Shown: piece by piece, positions 8,388-18,433 of the stretch
How the letters are laid out: the number at the start of each line of letters is the position of its first letter
How positions within the stretch are numbered: position 1 is the first letter of the stretch
From: an uncultured Acidimicrobiia bacterium
GTDB taxonomy: Bacteria; Actinomycetota; Acidimicrobiia; Spongiisociales; JAOTWH01
Assembly: GCA_964347285.1 (NCBI GenBank)
Contig: CAYFYE010000012.1
Coordinates: forward strand, 1-36,816
Direction: 5' to 3'
Length of the DNA: 36,816 nucleotides
Made by a program: the position numbers and the translations under genes
Notes under the pieces: generated by a model
What the model was told of the DNA's origin: nothing
The model's input: only the letters and a program-made list of their open reading frames with translations
The model's database searches: none

Positions 8388-8891
8388 TTCAAGGTGCGCG
8401 ACAAGGTCGTCTATCCCCATCACGGCGCCGCGGTGATCGTCAAGAAGGAGAAGCACGTCTTCGACGGCAAGAAGCAGGACTACTTCGTCATCGAGGCGAT
8501 CACCAATCCGCTGACCCTGCGCATCCCGGTGAACAAGGCCACCGAGCTCGGGCTGCGGCCGGTGATCTCCAAGCACGCCGCCCGCAAGGTGTTCGCCGTC
8601 CTCCAGGAGGACCCGGTCGAGGCCGATGCCACCTGGGCCCGCTGGTTCAAGCTGCTCCAGGACAAGATGTCGAGCGGCGACATCTATGAAGTGGCTTCGG
8701 TGGTGCGCGATCTGACCTACGCCCAACAGCTCAAACCGCTGGGCCCGGCGCTGAAGCGCATGCTGGCCAAGGCCCGGCTCATCCTCACCAGCGAGCTCCA
8801 GCTGGCGCTCAACACGGATGAGGAGCATGTCATCAAGCGCCTCGACCGGAGCCTCGAGCACCTCATCATCGAGCCGGTAGACGAGGAGTAG
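8202..8891 (+). CDS. carD: CarD-family RNA-polymerase-binding transcription factor with N-terminal Lys/Ala/Pro-rich tail
   Basis: FKVRDKVVYPHHGA, LTLRIP, LGLRPVI, TWARWFK, SGDIYEVASVVRDL, KRMLAKARLILTSEL. The ATG overlaps the upstream TGA (TGATG); TATCAT -10-like box at 8183-8188. Confidence 0.9.
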   Translation: MAAKNTKSGSASAKTSSKKATTAKKPAAKKASAAKKPAAKTTKKAPAKAAPQAPAKPRKKTPFKVRDKVVYPHHGAAVIVKKEKHVFDGKKQDYFVIEAITNPLTLRIPVNKATELGLRPVISKHAARKVFAVLQEDPVEADATWARWFKLLQDKMSSGDIYEVASVVRDLTYAQQLKPLGPALKRMLAKARLILTSELQLALNTDEEHVIKRLDRSLEHLIIEPVDEE

Positions 8892-8936
8892 GGGGAACCC
8901 CCAACAGGCGGAGCTAGACCTCCGGCGCCCCGGAGA

Positions 8937-10208
8937 TCACCGGCCGAACCGATCGAGCGTCCGGTACAGCACTGCCGCCGCCGGCAGGAACCACGGGGTC
9001 CTTCGGTAGTACCAGCGTCCTTTCCACGGGATCTCGCAGTACGGACTGCGGGTCAGCTCTCCCGAGATGAGCCCGCCCAGCTCGTCGCCCACATAGGTGC
9101 CGGTGGCCATCCCGTGGCCGCTGTAGCCGCCGGCCGCCCACACCCCTCCGAATCGCTCGATGTGGGGATGGAGGTCGAAGGAGGCGCCGACGTTGCCGCT
9201 CCACGAATGGGTGATCTCCACCTCGCGTAGCTGGGGGTACACCTCGAGAATCGTGCGTCGCAGCACGTCGGCGCTGTGAGTCCAGTCCAGACTGGTGGAG
9301 AGGTTCTGGCGTCCCCCCATCAGCAGCCGCCGGTCCGGGGTGAGCCGGAAATAGTTGATGAAGCGGCGGGCGGTCCACATCATGCGCTCTCCGGGGATCA
9401 GCTCCTGGGCGAGTTCCGCCGACAGCGGCTCGGTGACCACGATGTAACTGCCGATCGGAACGATCCTCCGCTGCAGCCCGGGCAGCAAACCCCCCGTGTA
9501 GCCGTTGGTGGCCACTACGACTTCCCCGGCCCGCATGGAGCCCAGAGCGGTGCGCAGCACGAACCCGGAAGGTTCGGCGGTGATTCCGAGCACTTCGGCG
9601 TGCTCGACGAGGCGCGCTCCGGCCCGGGCGGCGGCGGCGGCAAGGCCGTACGTGTACCGGGCCGGGTGGAGGCCGCCGCTGAATTCGTCGACCAGGGCGG
9701 CCACGAACCGTTCGCTGCCGATCACCTCGTCCATCCGGTCCGGCGCGACGAGGCGGGTGGAGAAGCCGACTTCCCGCTCCATCCACTCAGACTCCTCGGC
9801 AAAGGCACTGAGGTCCCGTTGGTGGTAACCGAGCTCGACGGCACCGGTCCGCCGGAAGTGGCAGTCGATGCCCTCCTCCGAGACGATCTTCTCCACCAGG
9901 TCGATGCAGTCGAGCGAGGCCTGCCACAGCTCCAGTCCCAGGGCCCGACCATGCTCGCGAATCGTGTGCCGGGTCCCGGCCTTCATGCCGTAGATCGTCA
10001 TGCCCCCACTGATGGTGGAGGCCCCGGCGCCGACCCGCCCCTCGTCGAGGACCGTGACCGAGGCCCCGCCCTTGGCCAGGCGCCGGGCGGCGGCCAGTCC
10101 GGTGACTCCGGCCCCCACGATGGCCACGTCGGCGGCGTCGGGAAGGGGACTGGTCTCCAGATCGGCGGGGCGAGGGAAATCGTCGGTCCAGAACGGGCTG
10201 AGCTGCAT
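8937..10208 (-). CDS. FAD-dependent oxidoreductase, DAO family (PuuB/gamma-glutamylputrescine oxidase-like)
   Basis: DVAIVGAGVTG, VGAGAS, LHPARY, VVATNGYT, SYIVVTEPL, YFRLTPDRRLLMGG, GYSGHGM. Confidence 0.85.
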   Translation of the reverse strand: MQLSPFWTDDFPRPADLETSPLPDAADVAIVGAGVTGLAAARRLAKGGASVTVLDEGRVGAGASTISGGMTIYGMKAGTRHTIREHGRALGLELWQASLDCIDLVEKIVSEEGIDCHFRRTGAVELGYHQRDLSAFAEESEWMEREVGFSTRLVAPDRMDEVIGSERFVAALVDEFSGGLHPARYTYGLAAAAARAGARLVEHAEVLGITAEPSGFVLRTALGSMRAGEVVVATNGYTGGLLPGLQRRIVPIGSYIVVTEPLSAELAQELIPGERMMWTARRFINYFRLTPDRRLLMGGRQNLSTSLDWTHSADVLRRTILEVYPQLREVEITHSWSGNVGASFDLHPHIERFGGVWAAGGYSGHGMATGTYVGDELGGLISGELTRSPYCEIPWKGRWYYRRTPWFLPAAAVLYRTLDRFGR

Positions 10209-10272
10209 CGGGCGAGCTTAGGTCCGCCGACAGCCGCCCCGGCGGGGCAGGGGCGTTTCGCCTAGCATCGCG

Positions 10273-10335
10273 CGCGGGTACTGCCCCACGTGAGAAAAGG
10301 AGGCGCGGGGTACTGCCCTACGTGAGATCAGGAGG
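10273..10335 (+). repeat. Imperfect 31/32-nt tandem direct repeat upstream of the ABC operon
   Basis: CGCGGGTACTGCCCCACGTGAGAAAAGGAGG followed directly by CGCGGGGTACTGCCCTACGTGAGATCAGGAGG (3 substitutions, 1 indel). Confidence 0.85.
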
Positions 10336-10343
10336 AAGGAACC

Positions 10344-11156
10344 ATGAATAGCAAGACCAGGCTATGGCTCGTTCTGGGCCTGGCCATGGCGATGGTCGCC
10401 GCCGCCTGCGGCGATTCCGGCGGCGACGGCGCGGCCGCCGACGTCGAAACGATCAGAGGCGGAGGCGTCCTCACGGTCGGCTCGGACATCCCCTTCCCGC
10501 CGTTCGAGGATTTCGAGGGTGACGAGGTCGTCGGTTTCGATGCCGACCTCATCAACGAGATGGCCGATCGGGCCGGACTGACGGTGGAATGGGTCGATAC
10601 CGACTTCGATACGATCTTCACCCAGCTGGCCACGGCCCGTTTCGACATGGTGGCTTCGGCAACGACGATCACTCCCGAGCGGGCGGAGCAGGTGAACTTC
10701 ACGATCCCCTACTACCTGGCACAGCAGGCGCTGACCGTGAACTCCGACCTCAACCCCGACATCGGCTCGGTCGACGACCTCGGAGAAGGGGACTCGGTGG
10801 CGGTGCAGACCGGAACCACCGGAGAGGCATGGGCTCTCGAGAACCTCGATCCGGGGGGCGTGGAGGTCAGGAGCTTCCCGCAGGCGGCCGACACCTGGAT
10901 CGCCGCCGAGGGCGGTCAGGTCACCGGCGTGATCTTCGACGAACCGGCCTCCGTGGAACAGGAAGCGACCCGCCCCGCGCTGACGGTCGTCGACGTGATC
11001 GACACCGGCGAGGATTATGGGTTCGGGGTGGATCCGGCCAATGAGGCATTGCTCGACGCCATGAACAGTGCCCTCCAGGACATGATCGACGACGGCACCT
11101 ACCAGGACATCTACGACACCTGGTTCGAGGCCCCGGCCGGGAGCGTCGCCGCCTGA
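10344..11156 (+). CDS. Polar amino-acid ABC transporter substrate-binding lipoprotein (family 3)
   Basis: Lipobox VAAAC; LTVGSDIPFPPFE, GFDADL, TITPERAEQVNFTIPYY, VQTGTTG. Confidence 0.93.
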   Translation: MNSKTRLWLVLGLAMAMVAAACGDSGGDGAAADVETIRGGGVLTVGSDIPFPPFEDFEGDEVVGFDADLINEMADRAGLTVEWVDTDFDTIFTQLATARFDMVASATTITPERAEQVNFTIPYYLAQQALTVNSDLNPDIGSVDDLGEGDSVAVQTGTTGEAWALENLDPGGVEVRSFPQAADTWIAAEGGQVTGVIFDEPASVEQEATRPALTVVDVIDTGEDYGFGVDPANEALLDAMNSALQDMIDDGTYQDIYDTWFEAPAGSVAA

Positions 11157-11180
11157 ACCGCGAGGAGCGAGGAACGGATG

Positions 11181-11211
11181 AGAGGGCCCACGCCTCGAGC
11201 GTGGGCCCTCT
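11181..11211 (+). terminator. Intercistronic stem-loop after the substrate-binding gene (partial terminator or mRNA stabiliser)
   Basis: 13-bp perfect stem AGAGGGCCCACGC/GCGTGGGCCCTCT with a 5-nt loop and a weak U tail. Confidence 0.65.
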
Positions 11212-11232
11212 TCGCGTACGAGAGGAGGAAGC

Positions 11233-12330
11233 ATGGCCGTAGCAGTAGCTGAGGAGCGGGTCCGCCCCGATAGGGGCATCCGGTACTTTCTGGAACATCA
11301 GACACGAACCTCGGCGGTGGCCCTCAGCGTCGGCGCCGCCTCGTTGGCGCTGCTCTTCGTCGGCTCGGTCGCGGTGCTCACGATCTTCGGCTGGACGCCG
11401 GTCGAATCGATCACCGAGGGGCTGACCAGCACGGAGCTGGCGGTCGTGCTGATCGCCTCGATTGCGCTGGGCGCAGTGGCGCTGGCGTTGGGGGTGGCTT
11501 CGTATCGAATCATGCCCAACAAGCCCGCCAAGGAAGCGGCCGTCGCCGGGGCGGTGCTCGGGGTACAGGCGGTGGCGGCCGGTGCTCTCCTGCTGTGGTT
11601 TCGAGGGGGCGACGTCGCCCTGGTGGCCCGCAACTTCTTGAACTTCGAGCTGATCGGCGAGTTCTGGACCCAGTTCGTCCGAGGCGGCCGCAACACCCTC
11701 GTTCTCTCATTCGTCGGCGGCGGCATCGGTCTCGCGCTGGGGATCGTGCTGTCGGTGTTCATCATGTCGAAGCGGGCGGTGGTCCGTGCTCCGGCCCGCG
11801 CCTACATCAACTTCTTTCGGGGCACGCCGCTCATCTGGCAGCTCTCGTTCGCCGGCCTGGGAGTCGTCACGGCGCTCCGGCTCGGCTTCTTCACCGGCAT
11901 CGACGGCCCGTACCGGGTGGCGATCGCCGTGCTGGCTCTCAATACCGGCGCCTATTCGGCAGAGGTGTTCCGGGCCGGCATCCAGTCCCTGGAGCGAGGC
12001 CAGCTCGAAGCGGCCCGCTCGGTGGGCATGAGCTACTTCCAGGCGCTTCGCTACGTGATACTCCCCCAGGCGGTGCGCCGGGTGATCCCGCCGCTGACCA
12101 ACGAGTTCGTCATCCTGATCAAGGACACCTCGCTGGTCATCGTCCTGGGTCTCACCGTCACCCAAAAGGAGCTGCTCGGCACGGCGCGAGATCTGTATTC
12201 GGCGACCTTCGACGCCACCGCCTGGCTGGGAGCCGCAGCCGGGTACCTGGTGATCACGCTGCCGCTCATTCGCCTGGTGACGATCCTGGAGCGGAAGCTG
12301 CGCAGCGGCCTGACGAGCGTGGTTGGATAG
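11233..12330 (+). CDS. Amino-acid ABC transporter permease (HisM/GlnP family) with extra N-terminal TM helices
   Basis: [30 protein letters not shown] (EAA loop), [34 protein letters not shown]. Confidence 0.92.
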   Translation: MAVAVAEERVRPDRGIRYFLEHQTRTSAVALSVGAASLALLFVGSVAVLTIFGWTPVESITEGLTSTELAVVLIASIALGAVALALGVASYRIMPNKPAKEAAVAGAVLGVQAVAAGALLLWFRGGDVALVARNFLNFELIGEFWTQFVRGGRNTLVLSFVGGGIGLALGIVLSVFIMSKRAVVRAPARAYINFFRGTPLIWQLSFAGLGVVTALRLGFFTGIDGPYRVAIAVLALNTGAYSAEVFRAGIQSLERGQLEAARSVGMSYFQALRYVILPQAVRRVIPPLTNEFVILIKDTSLVIVLGLTVTQKELLGTARDLYSATFDATAWLGAAAGYLVITLPLIRLVTILERKLRSGLTSVVG

Positions 12331-12334
12331 GCAC

Positions 12335-13075
12335 ATGAATCCCGACGGTTCACTCATCCGGCTCGAGGACATTCACAAGTGGTTCGGCGACAACTACGTG
12401 CTGAAGGGCATCGACACGCGCATCGAGCCCAAGGAAGTCGTCGTGCTGATCGGGCCTTCCGGGTCGGGCAAGTCCACCCTCCTCCGGACGATGAATCTGC
12501 TCGAGGAGCCCACCGAGGGCAAGGTGTTCTTCGACGGACTCGAGCTCACGGACATCCGTACCAACCTGAACGAGGCACGCACCCACATGGGGATGGTCTT
12601 CCAGCAGTTCAACCTGTTCCCCCACAAGAGGGCCATCGAGAACATCACGCTGTCCCTGGTGAAGGTGCTGGGGCTTTCGTCCGACGAGGCCGAGGAGCGG
12701 GCTCTCCGCCAGCTCGGGCACGTCGGACTGGAGGATCGAGCCCAGGCCTACCCGTCCCAGCTCTCCGGTGGCCAGCAACAGCGGGTGGCGATCGCCCGCT
12801 CGCTGGCCATGCAGCCCAAGATGATGCTCTTCGACGAGGTCACCTCGGCCCTCGACCCCGAGCTGGTGAACGAGGTGCTCAACGTCATGAAGGAGCTGGC
12901 CGCCGAGGGCATGACCATGGTGGTGGTGACCCACGAAATGGGCTTTGCTCGCGAGGTCGGATCCCGGCTCCTCTTCATGGACGAGGGGCTCATCGTCGAG
13001 GAGGGCGACCCTCGCCAGATCTTCGCCGATCCCAAGGAGGAGCGGACCAAGGCGTTTCTGAGCCAGGTGCTCTGA
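12335..13075 (+). CDS. Amino-acid ABC transporter ATP-binding protein (GlnQ family)
   Basis: Walker [49 protein letters not shown] at 12335 preferred. Confidence 0.94.
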   Translation: MNPDGSLIRLEDIHKWFGDNYVLKGIDTRIEPKEVVVLIGPSGSGKSTLLRTMNLLEEPTEGKVFFDGLELTDIRTNLNEARTHMGMVFQQFNLFPHKRAIENITLSLVKVLGLSSDEAEERALRQLGHVGLEDRAQAYPSQLSGGQQQRVAIARSLAMQPKMMLFDEVTSALDPELVNEVLNVMKELAAEGMTMVVVTHEMGFAREVGSRLLFMDEGLIVEEGDPRQIFADPKEERTKAFLSQVL

Positions 13076-13108
13076 GGTTGTCCGGCCGGGCGGAACGGGA
13101 GACGGTGG

Positions 13109-14347
13109 CTACAGCGCGTCCAGCGCCGCCCGGAACCCGTCTGCCATCTCGCCGATCTGCTCCCTGGTGATCACCAACGGCGGCGACACCTGGTAGGCGT
13201 CCCCGGTGATGATCCGGGAGAGCACCCCGGCCCGGCGGGCCGCCGTCACCGCCCGCCCCGTCAGCGAGGGGTCGGCGGCGACCGCTTCCGGATCGAACTG
13301 GACCGCCCCCAGGGCCCCCAACCCGGCCCGAACCTCGGCGACGAGGGGATGCTCGGCCAGCGGCGCCAGCAGCGCCTCCAGGTCGCCTTCCAGGGCCAGG
13401 GCCACCTTGTGCAATCCCTCCCGCTCCATGATGTCCAGGTTGACGAGGGCGGCCACGCAGGCCGAGGAGTGGCCGGAATACGTGTAGCCGTGCCGCCACA
13501 GCACGTCCCCCTGCCAGAAGGGCTCGGCGATGCGCCCCGCTGCTATGACCCCCCCGAGCGGGGCGTAGCCCGAGGTGACCCCTTTGGCGAACAAGATGAG
13601 GTCGGGGTCGAGCCCGAAACGGGTGGAGGCGAACCAATCGCCCAGGCGGCCGAACGCGGTGATCACTTCGTCGGCGACGAACAACACGTCGGCGCCGGCG
13701 CAGATCTCCCTCACCTCCTTCAGGTAGCCCTCGGGCGGAATGAGCACTCCCCCTGCGCCAATCACCGGCTCGCAGAACACGGCCCCGACGGTTTCGGTGC
13801 TCTCGATGGCATCGGCGACCGCCCGGGCCGAGTCCCACGGCACCAGCACCGCGTCTTCGATGAGGGTGCCGTGCTCGATGCGGTTGGGCTCGATTCCGGC
13901 CAGGCTGGTGCCGTAGGCGTGCATGCCGTGATAGGCCTGCTCCCGGAAAACGATGGTGGTCTTGTCGGGCCGGCCGCGGAGAGCCCAGTAGCGCCGCACC
14001 ATCTTGGCGGCCGTGTCGACGGCATCCGATCCCCCGCTGGCCAGGAACACCCGGGCGTCGGCCATCGGAGCCAGCGCCGCCAGTCGCTCGGCCAGGTCGA
14101 GTGCCGGGCGGGTGGCCAGGTCACCGAACGTGTGATAGGCGTGCAGCCGCTCCATCTGGACCGCCACCGCGTCGGCGATCTCGGTCCGGCCGTAGCCGGC
14201 GTTGCAGTACCACAAGCTGGCGATGGCATCGAGATAGCGGTTGCCCTGCTCGTCCCACACGTACACGCCTTCGCCCCGATCGATGACGAGGTTGCCTGCG
14301 GCCTCGATCCGGGCCATGTCGGCGAACGGATGCCAGTACCGCTCCAC
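13109..14347 (-). CDS. Class-III PLP aminotransferase (putrescine/beta-alanine:pyruvate transaminase-like)
   Basis: [57 protein letters not shown]. Start placed at the GTG at 14347 because TAGCAT lies 7 nt upstream. Confidence 0.9.
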   Translation of the reverse strand: MERYWHPFADMARIEAAGNLVIDRGEGVYVWDEQGNRYLDAIASLWYCNAGYGRTEIADAVAVQMERLHAYHTFGDLATRPALDLAERLAALAPMADARVFLASGGSDAVDTAAKMVRRYWALRGRPDKTTIVFREQAYHGMHAYGTSLAGIEPNRIEHGTLIEDAVLVPWDSARAVADAIESTETVGAVFCEPVIGAGGVLIPPEGYLKEVREICAGADVLFVADEVITAFGRLGDWFASTRFGLDPDLILFAKGVTSGYAPLGGVIAAGRIAEPFWQGDVLWRHGYTYSGHSSACVAALVNLDIMEREGLHKVALALEGDLEALLAPLAEHPLVAEVRAGLGALGAVQFDPEAVAADPSLTGRAVTAARRAGVLSRIITGDAYQVSPPLVITREQIGEMADGFRAALDAL

Positions 14348-14350
14348 GTC

Positions 14351-14369
14351 GCCGATGCTACGCATCGGC
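14351..14369. promoter_or_regulatory. Inverted repeat overlapping the aminotransferase -10 box (candidate operator)
   Basis: GCCGATGC-TAC-GCATCGGC, perfect 8-bp arms, in the divergent aminotransferase/potA spacer. Confidence 0.4.
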
Positions 14370-14442
14370 CCTGCGGGAGGAGACACCTCAAGCCCCGCCC
14401 ATCGCCGCTCCCCCCGGTGGGGCGGGCGGTAGCCTCGCGCGC

Positions 14443-15510
14443 ATGGCCGAGCCCGCCGTTGAGCTCCACGGGGTGACCAAGCGTTTCGGCGACGTGACGG
14501 CGGTGGCCGACCTCGACCTGGACATCGACGACGGCGAGTTCTTCTCGCTGCTGGGGCCCTCCGGCTGTGGCAAGACGACCACCCTGCGCATGATCGCCGG
14601 CCTGGAATTCCCCACCCAAGGCAGCATCAGCATCCACGGCGAGGAGATGGGCCTGCGCCCCGCCAACCGGCGCCCCGTCAACACGGTGTTCCAGCACTAC
14701 GCGCTCTTCCCGCACATGACCGTCACGGCCAACGTGGCCTTCGGGTTGGAGATGCAGGGGATCGGAAAGAGCGAGATCGCCGAGCGGGTCGACAACGTCT
14801 TGGCACTGGTCCAGCTCACCGGCTTCGAGGACCGCCGGCCCAAGCAGCTCTCCGGCGGCCAGCAGCAGCGGGTGGCGCTGGCCCGGGCCTTGATCAACCG
14901 GCCCAAGGTGTTGCTGCTGGACGAGCCGCTGGGCGCCCTCGACCTCAAGCTGCGCCAGGCCATGCAGCTCGAGCTCAAGGCACTGCAGGAGCGGGTCGGC
15001 ATCACGTTCGTGTACGTCACTCACGACCAGGAAGAGGCGCTGACGATGTCGGACCGCATCGGGGTGATGAACGAGGGAGAGCTGCTCCAGGTGGGCACCC
15101 CGGAGGAGATCTACGAGGCCCCCACCGACCGCTTCGTGGCCGACTTCATCGGCGAGACCAATCTGCTCCATGCCACAGCAGACGTCGCCGGGACGGCGCT
15201 CCTGCGCGACGGCACACCGGTCCAAGCCGCCACCTCGCTGCCCGCCGGGACCGAGCTGATGCTGGTCCTGCGGCCCGAAAAGGTCGCTGTGTACCGCCCG
15301 GGAACCGAACCCGACGGGTTGAACAGCCACGACGCCTCGGTCACCCGGAGGGTCTACCTGGGCAATTCGATCTACTACGACCTCGACCTGGCCGGCGACC
15401 ACATTCGGGTTCGCATGGAAAACGCCCCCGGTGTGCCCCGATTCGAAGCGGGCGAGCGAGTGGTGGCCGCCTGGGAGCCCGAAGCCGCGGTGCCGCTCGA
15501 GGACACATGA
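14443..15510 (+). CDS. potA: Spermidine/putrescine ABC transporter ATP-binding protein
   Basis: [56 protein letters not shown]-terminal TOBE-like region. Confidence 0.93.
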   Translation: MAEPAVELHGVTKRFGDVTAVADLDLDIDDGEFFSLLGPSGCGKTTTLRMIAGLEFPTQGSISIHGEEMGLRPANRRPVNTVFQHYALFPHMTVTANVAFGLEMQGIGKSEIAERVDNVLALVQLTGFEDRRPKQLSGGQQQRVALARALINRPKVLLLDEPLGALDLKLRQAMQLELKALQERVGITFVYVTHDQEEALTMSDRIGVMNEGELLQVGTPEEIYEAPTDRFVADFIGETNLLHATADVAGTALLRDGTPVQAATSLPAGTELMLVLRPEKVAVYRPGTEPDGLNSHDASVTRRVYLGNSIYYDLDLAGDHIRVRMENAPGVPRFEAGERVVAAWEPEAAVPLEDT

Positions 15511-16394
15511 CCGCCGCCACCGAGGCGCCGGTCACTCCCGAGCTGGAGCTGGCTGCCGAGAAGGCAGAGTCGCGACGGGGCTTCTTTCTGGCCCTGCCGG
15601 GCTACGTCTACTTGATCATCTTTTTCGCAACTCCGATGGCGATCCTGTTGGTCTACTCGTTCGCCATCCGCACTCCCACCGGGCGCACCCTGCTGGAGGA
15701 CTGGAACCTGGACTCCTACCAGCGCCTGTTCGACTCGACGGTGCTGCGGGTCATCTGGCGCTCCCTGTGGTTGGCCGTGGTCAACACCGTCCTGTCGCTC
15801 CTGATCGGCTACCCCTTCGCCTACTACATCGCCACCCGCACCGTTCGGATACGCAACCTGCTGCTGGTGCTGGTGATGATCCCGTTCTGGACCAACTTCC
15901 TGGTCCGTACCTACTCCTGGCGGGTCATCCTCGGTTCGGACGGGCCGTTCGCGGAGGCGACCAGCTGGTTCGGCTTCGAGAACGTGCGGCTGCTGTTCAC
16001 CGACTGGGCGGTGCTGATCGGCCTGCTCTACGGGTTCCTGCCCTTCATGGTGTTGCCCCTATATGCCGCCATCGAGCGAATCGACTGGTCGCTGATCGAG
16101 GCGGCCCGCGACCTCTACGCATCGGGCTGGCAGGCGTTTCGCCGGGTGACCCTGGCCCTGAGCATGCCGGGCATCATCGCCGGCGTCATCCTCACGTTCA
16201 TACCCAGCTTCGGGGCCTTCGTCACCCCCGAGATCCTCGGCGGGGCGCAAACCAAGATGCTGGGGAGCTTCATCGAGACCCAGTTCCTGGCCGTCGCCGA
16301 CTGGCCGTTCGGCTCTGCGCTGTCGTTCGTGATCATGGCGTTCATGCTGGTGGGCACGATCGTCTACTTCCGCACCGGAGCGCGGACGCTGTGA
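15507..16394 (+). CDS. potB: Spermidine/putrescine ABC transporter permease
   Basis: [44 protein letters not shown]. Confidence 0.9.
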   Translation: MTAATEAPVTPELELAAEKAESRRGFFLALPGYVYLIIFFATPMAILLVYSFAIRTPTGRTLLEDWNLDSYQRLFDSTVLRVIWRSLWLAVVNTVLSLLIGYPFAYYIATRTVRIRNLLLVLVMIPFWTNFLVRTYSWRVILGSDGPFAEATSWFGFENVRLLFTDWAVLIGLLYGFLPFMVLPLYAAIERIDWSLIEAARDLYASGWQAFRRVTLALSMPGIIAGVILTFIPSFGAFVTPEILGGAQTKMLGSFIETQFLAVADWPFGSALSFVIMAFMLVGTIVYFRTGARTL

Positions 16395-17209
16395 CGGCCC
16401 GGCCCGCCGCCGCAGGAAAGGGCGTGGTCGATCGCCTCCTCGGCGCCCACGCCTGGGTCGTGTACGTCTTCTTCTATGCGCCGATCGTGGTGCTGGTGAT
16501 CTTCTCGTTCAACGACGGCAACCTGGTGAGCGTGTGGCGAGGCTTCTCGTTCCGCTGGTACGGCGAAATCCTCGAGAACAAGAACCTGCTCAACGCGGTC
16601 CGCAACTCACTGTGGGTGGCATTGTTCTCGACGATCATCTCGACGGTGCTGGGAACAGCGACGGCTCTGGCCATGGAGCGGTTTCGTTTCCGGGGCCGGC
16701 GCACGCTGGACGGCCTCCTCTACCTGCCGATCATCATCCCCGACGTGACGATGGCGGCGATGATGCTCGTCTTTTTCGTCCAGTTCTTCAATCTGCTCGG
16801 GCCGCTCGATCCCGGACTGGGTCGGGAGTCCATCATCCTCAGCCACGTCGCCTTCAACATCTCTTTCGTGGCGGTCATCGTGCGGGCCCGGCTTTCGGGG
16901 CTCGATCCCAACCTCGAGGAGGCCGCCGCCGACCTCTATGCCTCCCGGTGGAAGGCGTTTCGCCGGGTCACGCTGCCGCTGATCATGCCCGGCGTGCTCG
17001 GTGGGGCGCTGCTGGCGCTGACGCTATCGCTCGACGACGTCGTGATCACCAGCTTCGTGTCCGGACCGGGTTCGACGACCTTGCCGGTGTTCGTGTTCGG
17101 CCTGGTGCGCCGCGGGGTGACCCCGCTCATCAATGCGGTCTCAACGGTAATGTTGGCGGCGTCCATGGTCTTGGTGTTCTCGTCGCTCCTGCTGCAGCGG
17201 CGGAGATGA
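16391..17209 (+). CDS. potC: Spermidine/putrescine ABC transporter permease
   Basis: YAPIVVLVIFSFN, GFSFRWY, LEEAAADL, LSLDDVVIT. The GTG start overlaps the potB stop (GTGA). Confidence 0.9.
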   Translation: MTARPAAAGKGVVDRLLGAHAWVVYVFFYAPIVVLVIFSFNDGNLVSVWRGFSFRWYGEILENKNLLNAVRNSLWVALFSTIISTVLGTATALAMERFRFRGRRTLDGLLYLPIIIPDVTMAAMMLVFFVQFFNLLGPLDPGLGRESIILSHVAFNISFVAVIVRARLSGLDPNLEEAAADLYASRWKAFRRVTLPLIMPGVLGGALLALTLSLDDVVITSFVSGPGSTTLPVFVFGLVRRGVTPLINAVSTVMLAASMVLVFSSLLLQRRR

Positions 17210-17231
17210 CGGCAACGAGGAGGAAGGGATC

Positions 17232-18389
17232 GTGAAGGGCAAGCTTCTGGTAGTCGCATTCGTGATGGCCCTGGTGGCGGCCGCCTGTGGAGACACGGAT
17301 GGAGCGGGTGAAACCACCACCGAGGCGGCGCCGGCGGCGACCGAAGCGCCCGCCGCAGCGGCCGATGAGTGCGCCCCGGGCGAGACCGACGGCGACTTCG
17401 TCTTGTACAACTGGAGCGAGTACATCGACCCCGAGCTCATCACCACCTTCGAGGAGGAGTACGGGGTCAGCGTCACCGAGGACTTCTTCACGTCCAACGA
17501 AGAGTTGCGGTCCAAGCTCCAGGCCGGCGCCGAGGGCTACGACCTCATCGTGCCGTCCGACTACATGGTGTCGATCCTCAAGGAGGACGGCCTGATCCAG
17601 CCCATCGACAAGGACGCCATCCCCAATCTGAGCAACGTCGACGCAGTCTTCCTCGACCCGCCCTTCGACCCCGGTGGCGAGTACCACGTCCCCTACCAGT
17701 GGGGCACCACCGGGATCGGGTTCGCGTACGAGGCGCTCGGCGAGGACTTCGAGCCGACGTGGGGCATCATCTTCGATCCGGAGATATCGGCCGACTTCGC
17801 CGGTCAGATCTCGCTCCTCGACGATGCCCGCGAGACGATGGGGGCCGCCCTCAAGTACCTGGGCTACTCGCTCAACACCACCGATGAGGCGGAGATCCAG
17901 GAGGCGGCGGACCTCATCGCCGCCACCCGGGAGCGATTGGCCACCTTCGACAGCGACGCTTTCGAAGACCTGCTCATCGCCGGCGAGACCGTGGTGGCCC
18001 ACGGGTGGAACGGCGACTTCTTCGCCGGCTACGACGGGGCCTCGACGGACGACTACGACGCCTACGAGGACTACGGCTACTTCATCCCGCAGGAAGGCGG
18101 GGTGCAGTGGGTGGACACGATGGCACTCGTCACCGGAACCGACCACCCCTGCAGCGCCCACGCCTTCATCAACTTCCTGCTGGAGCCGGAGAACGGCGCG
18201 GCGCTGACCAACTTCAACTTCTACGCCAGTCCAATCACCGACACGGCCCGGGACTTGATCGAGCCCGAGATCCTCGAGGACACGTCGATCTATCCCGACG
18301 ACGTCACCCTGGAGAAGCTGGAGTTCATCGCCGACGTCGGGGAGGCCAACGCCCTCTACGAGCAACTCTTCGCCGAGGCGCAGAGCTAG
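17232..18389 (+). CDS. potD: Spermidine/putrescine ABC transporter substrate-binding lipoprotein
   Basis: Lipobox VAAAC; YNWSEYIDP, SNEE, YDLIVPSDY, PYQWGTTGI, WNGD, PQEG..WVD; very acidic. Confidence 0.92.
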   Translation: MKGKLLVVAFVMALVAAACGDTDGAGETTTEAAPAATEAPAAAADECAPGETDGDFVLYNWSEYIDPELITTFEEEYGVSVTEDFFTSNEELRSKLQAGAEGYDLIVPSDYMVSILKEDGLIQPIDKDAIPNLSNVDAVFLDPPFDPGGEYHVPYQWGTTGIGFAYEALGEDFEPTWGIIFDPEISADFAGQISLLDDARETMGAALKYLGYSLNTTDEAEIQEAADLIAATRERLATFDSDAFEDLLIAGETVVAHGWNGDFFAGYDGASTDDYDAYEDYGYFIPQEGGVQWVDTMALVTGTDHPCSAHAFINFLLEPENGAALTNFNFYASPITDTARDLIEPEILEDTSIYPDDVTLEKLEFIADVGEANALYEQLFAEAQS

Positions 18390-18433
18390 CCGGCGACCGG
18401 CGGCTGCATCGGCCCGCCTGCCAGACTCGCCGG

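Noticed and set aside
10273..10335. Tandem repeat as a mini CRISPR array
   Set aside because: Only two copies, directly adjacent with no spacer, and no cas genes.
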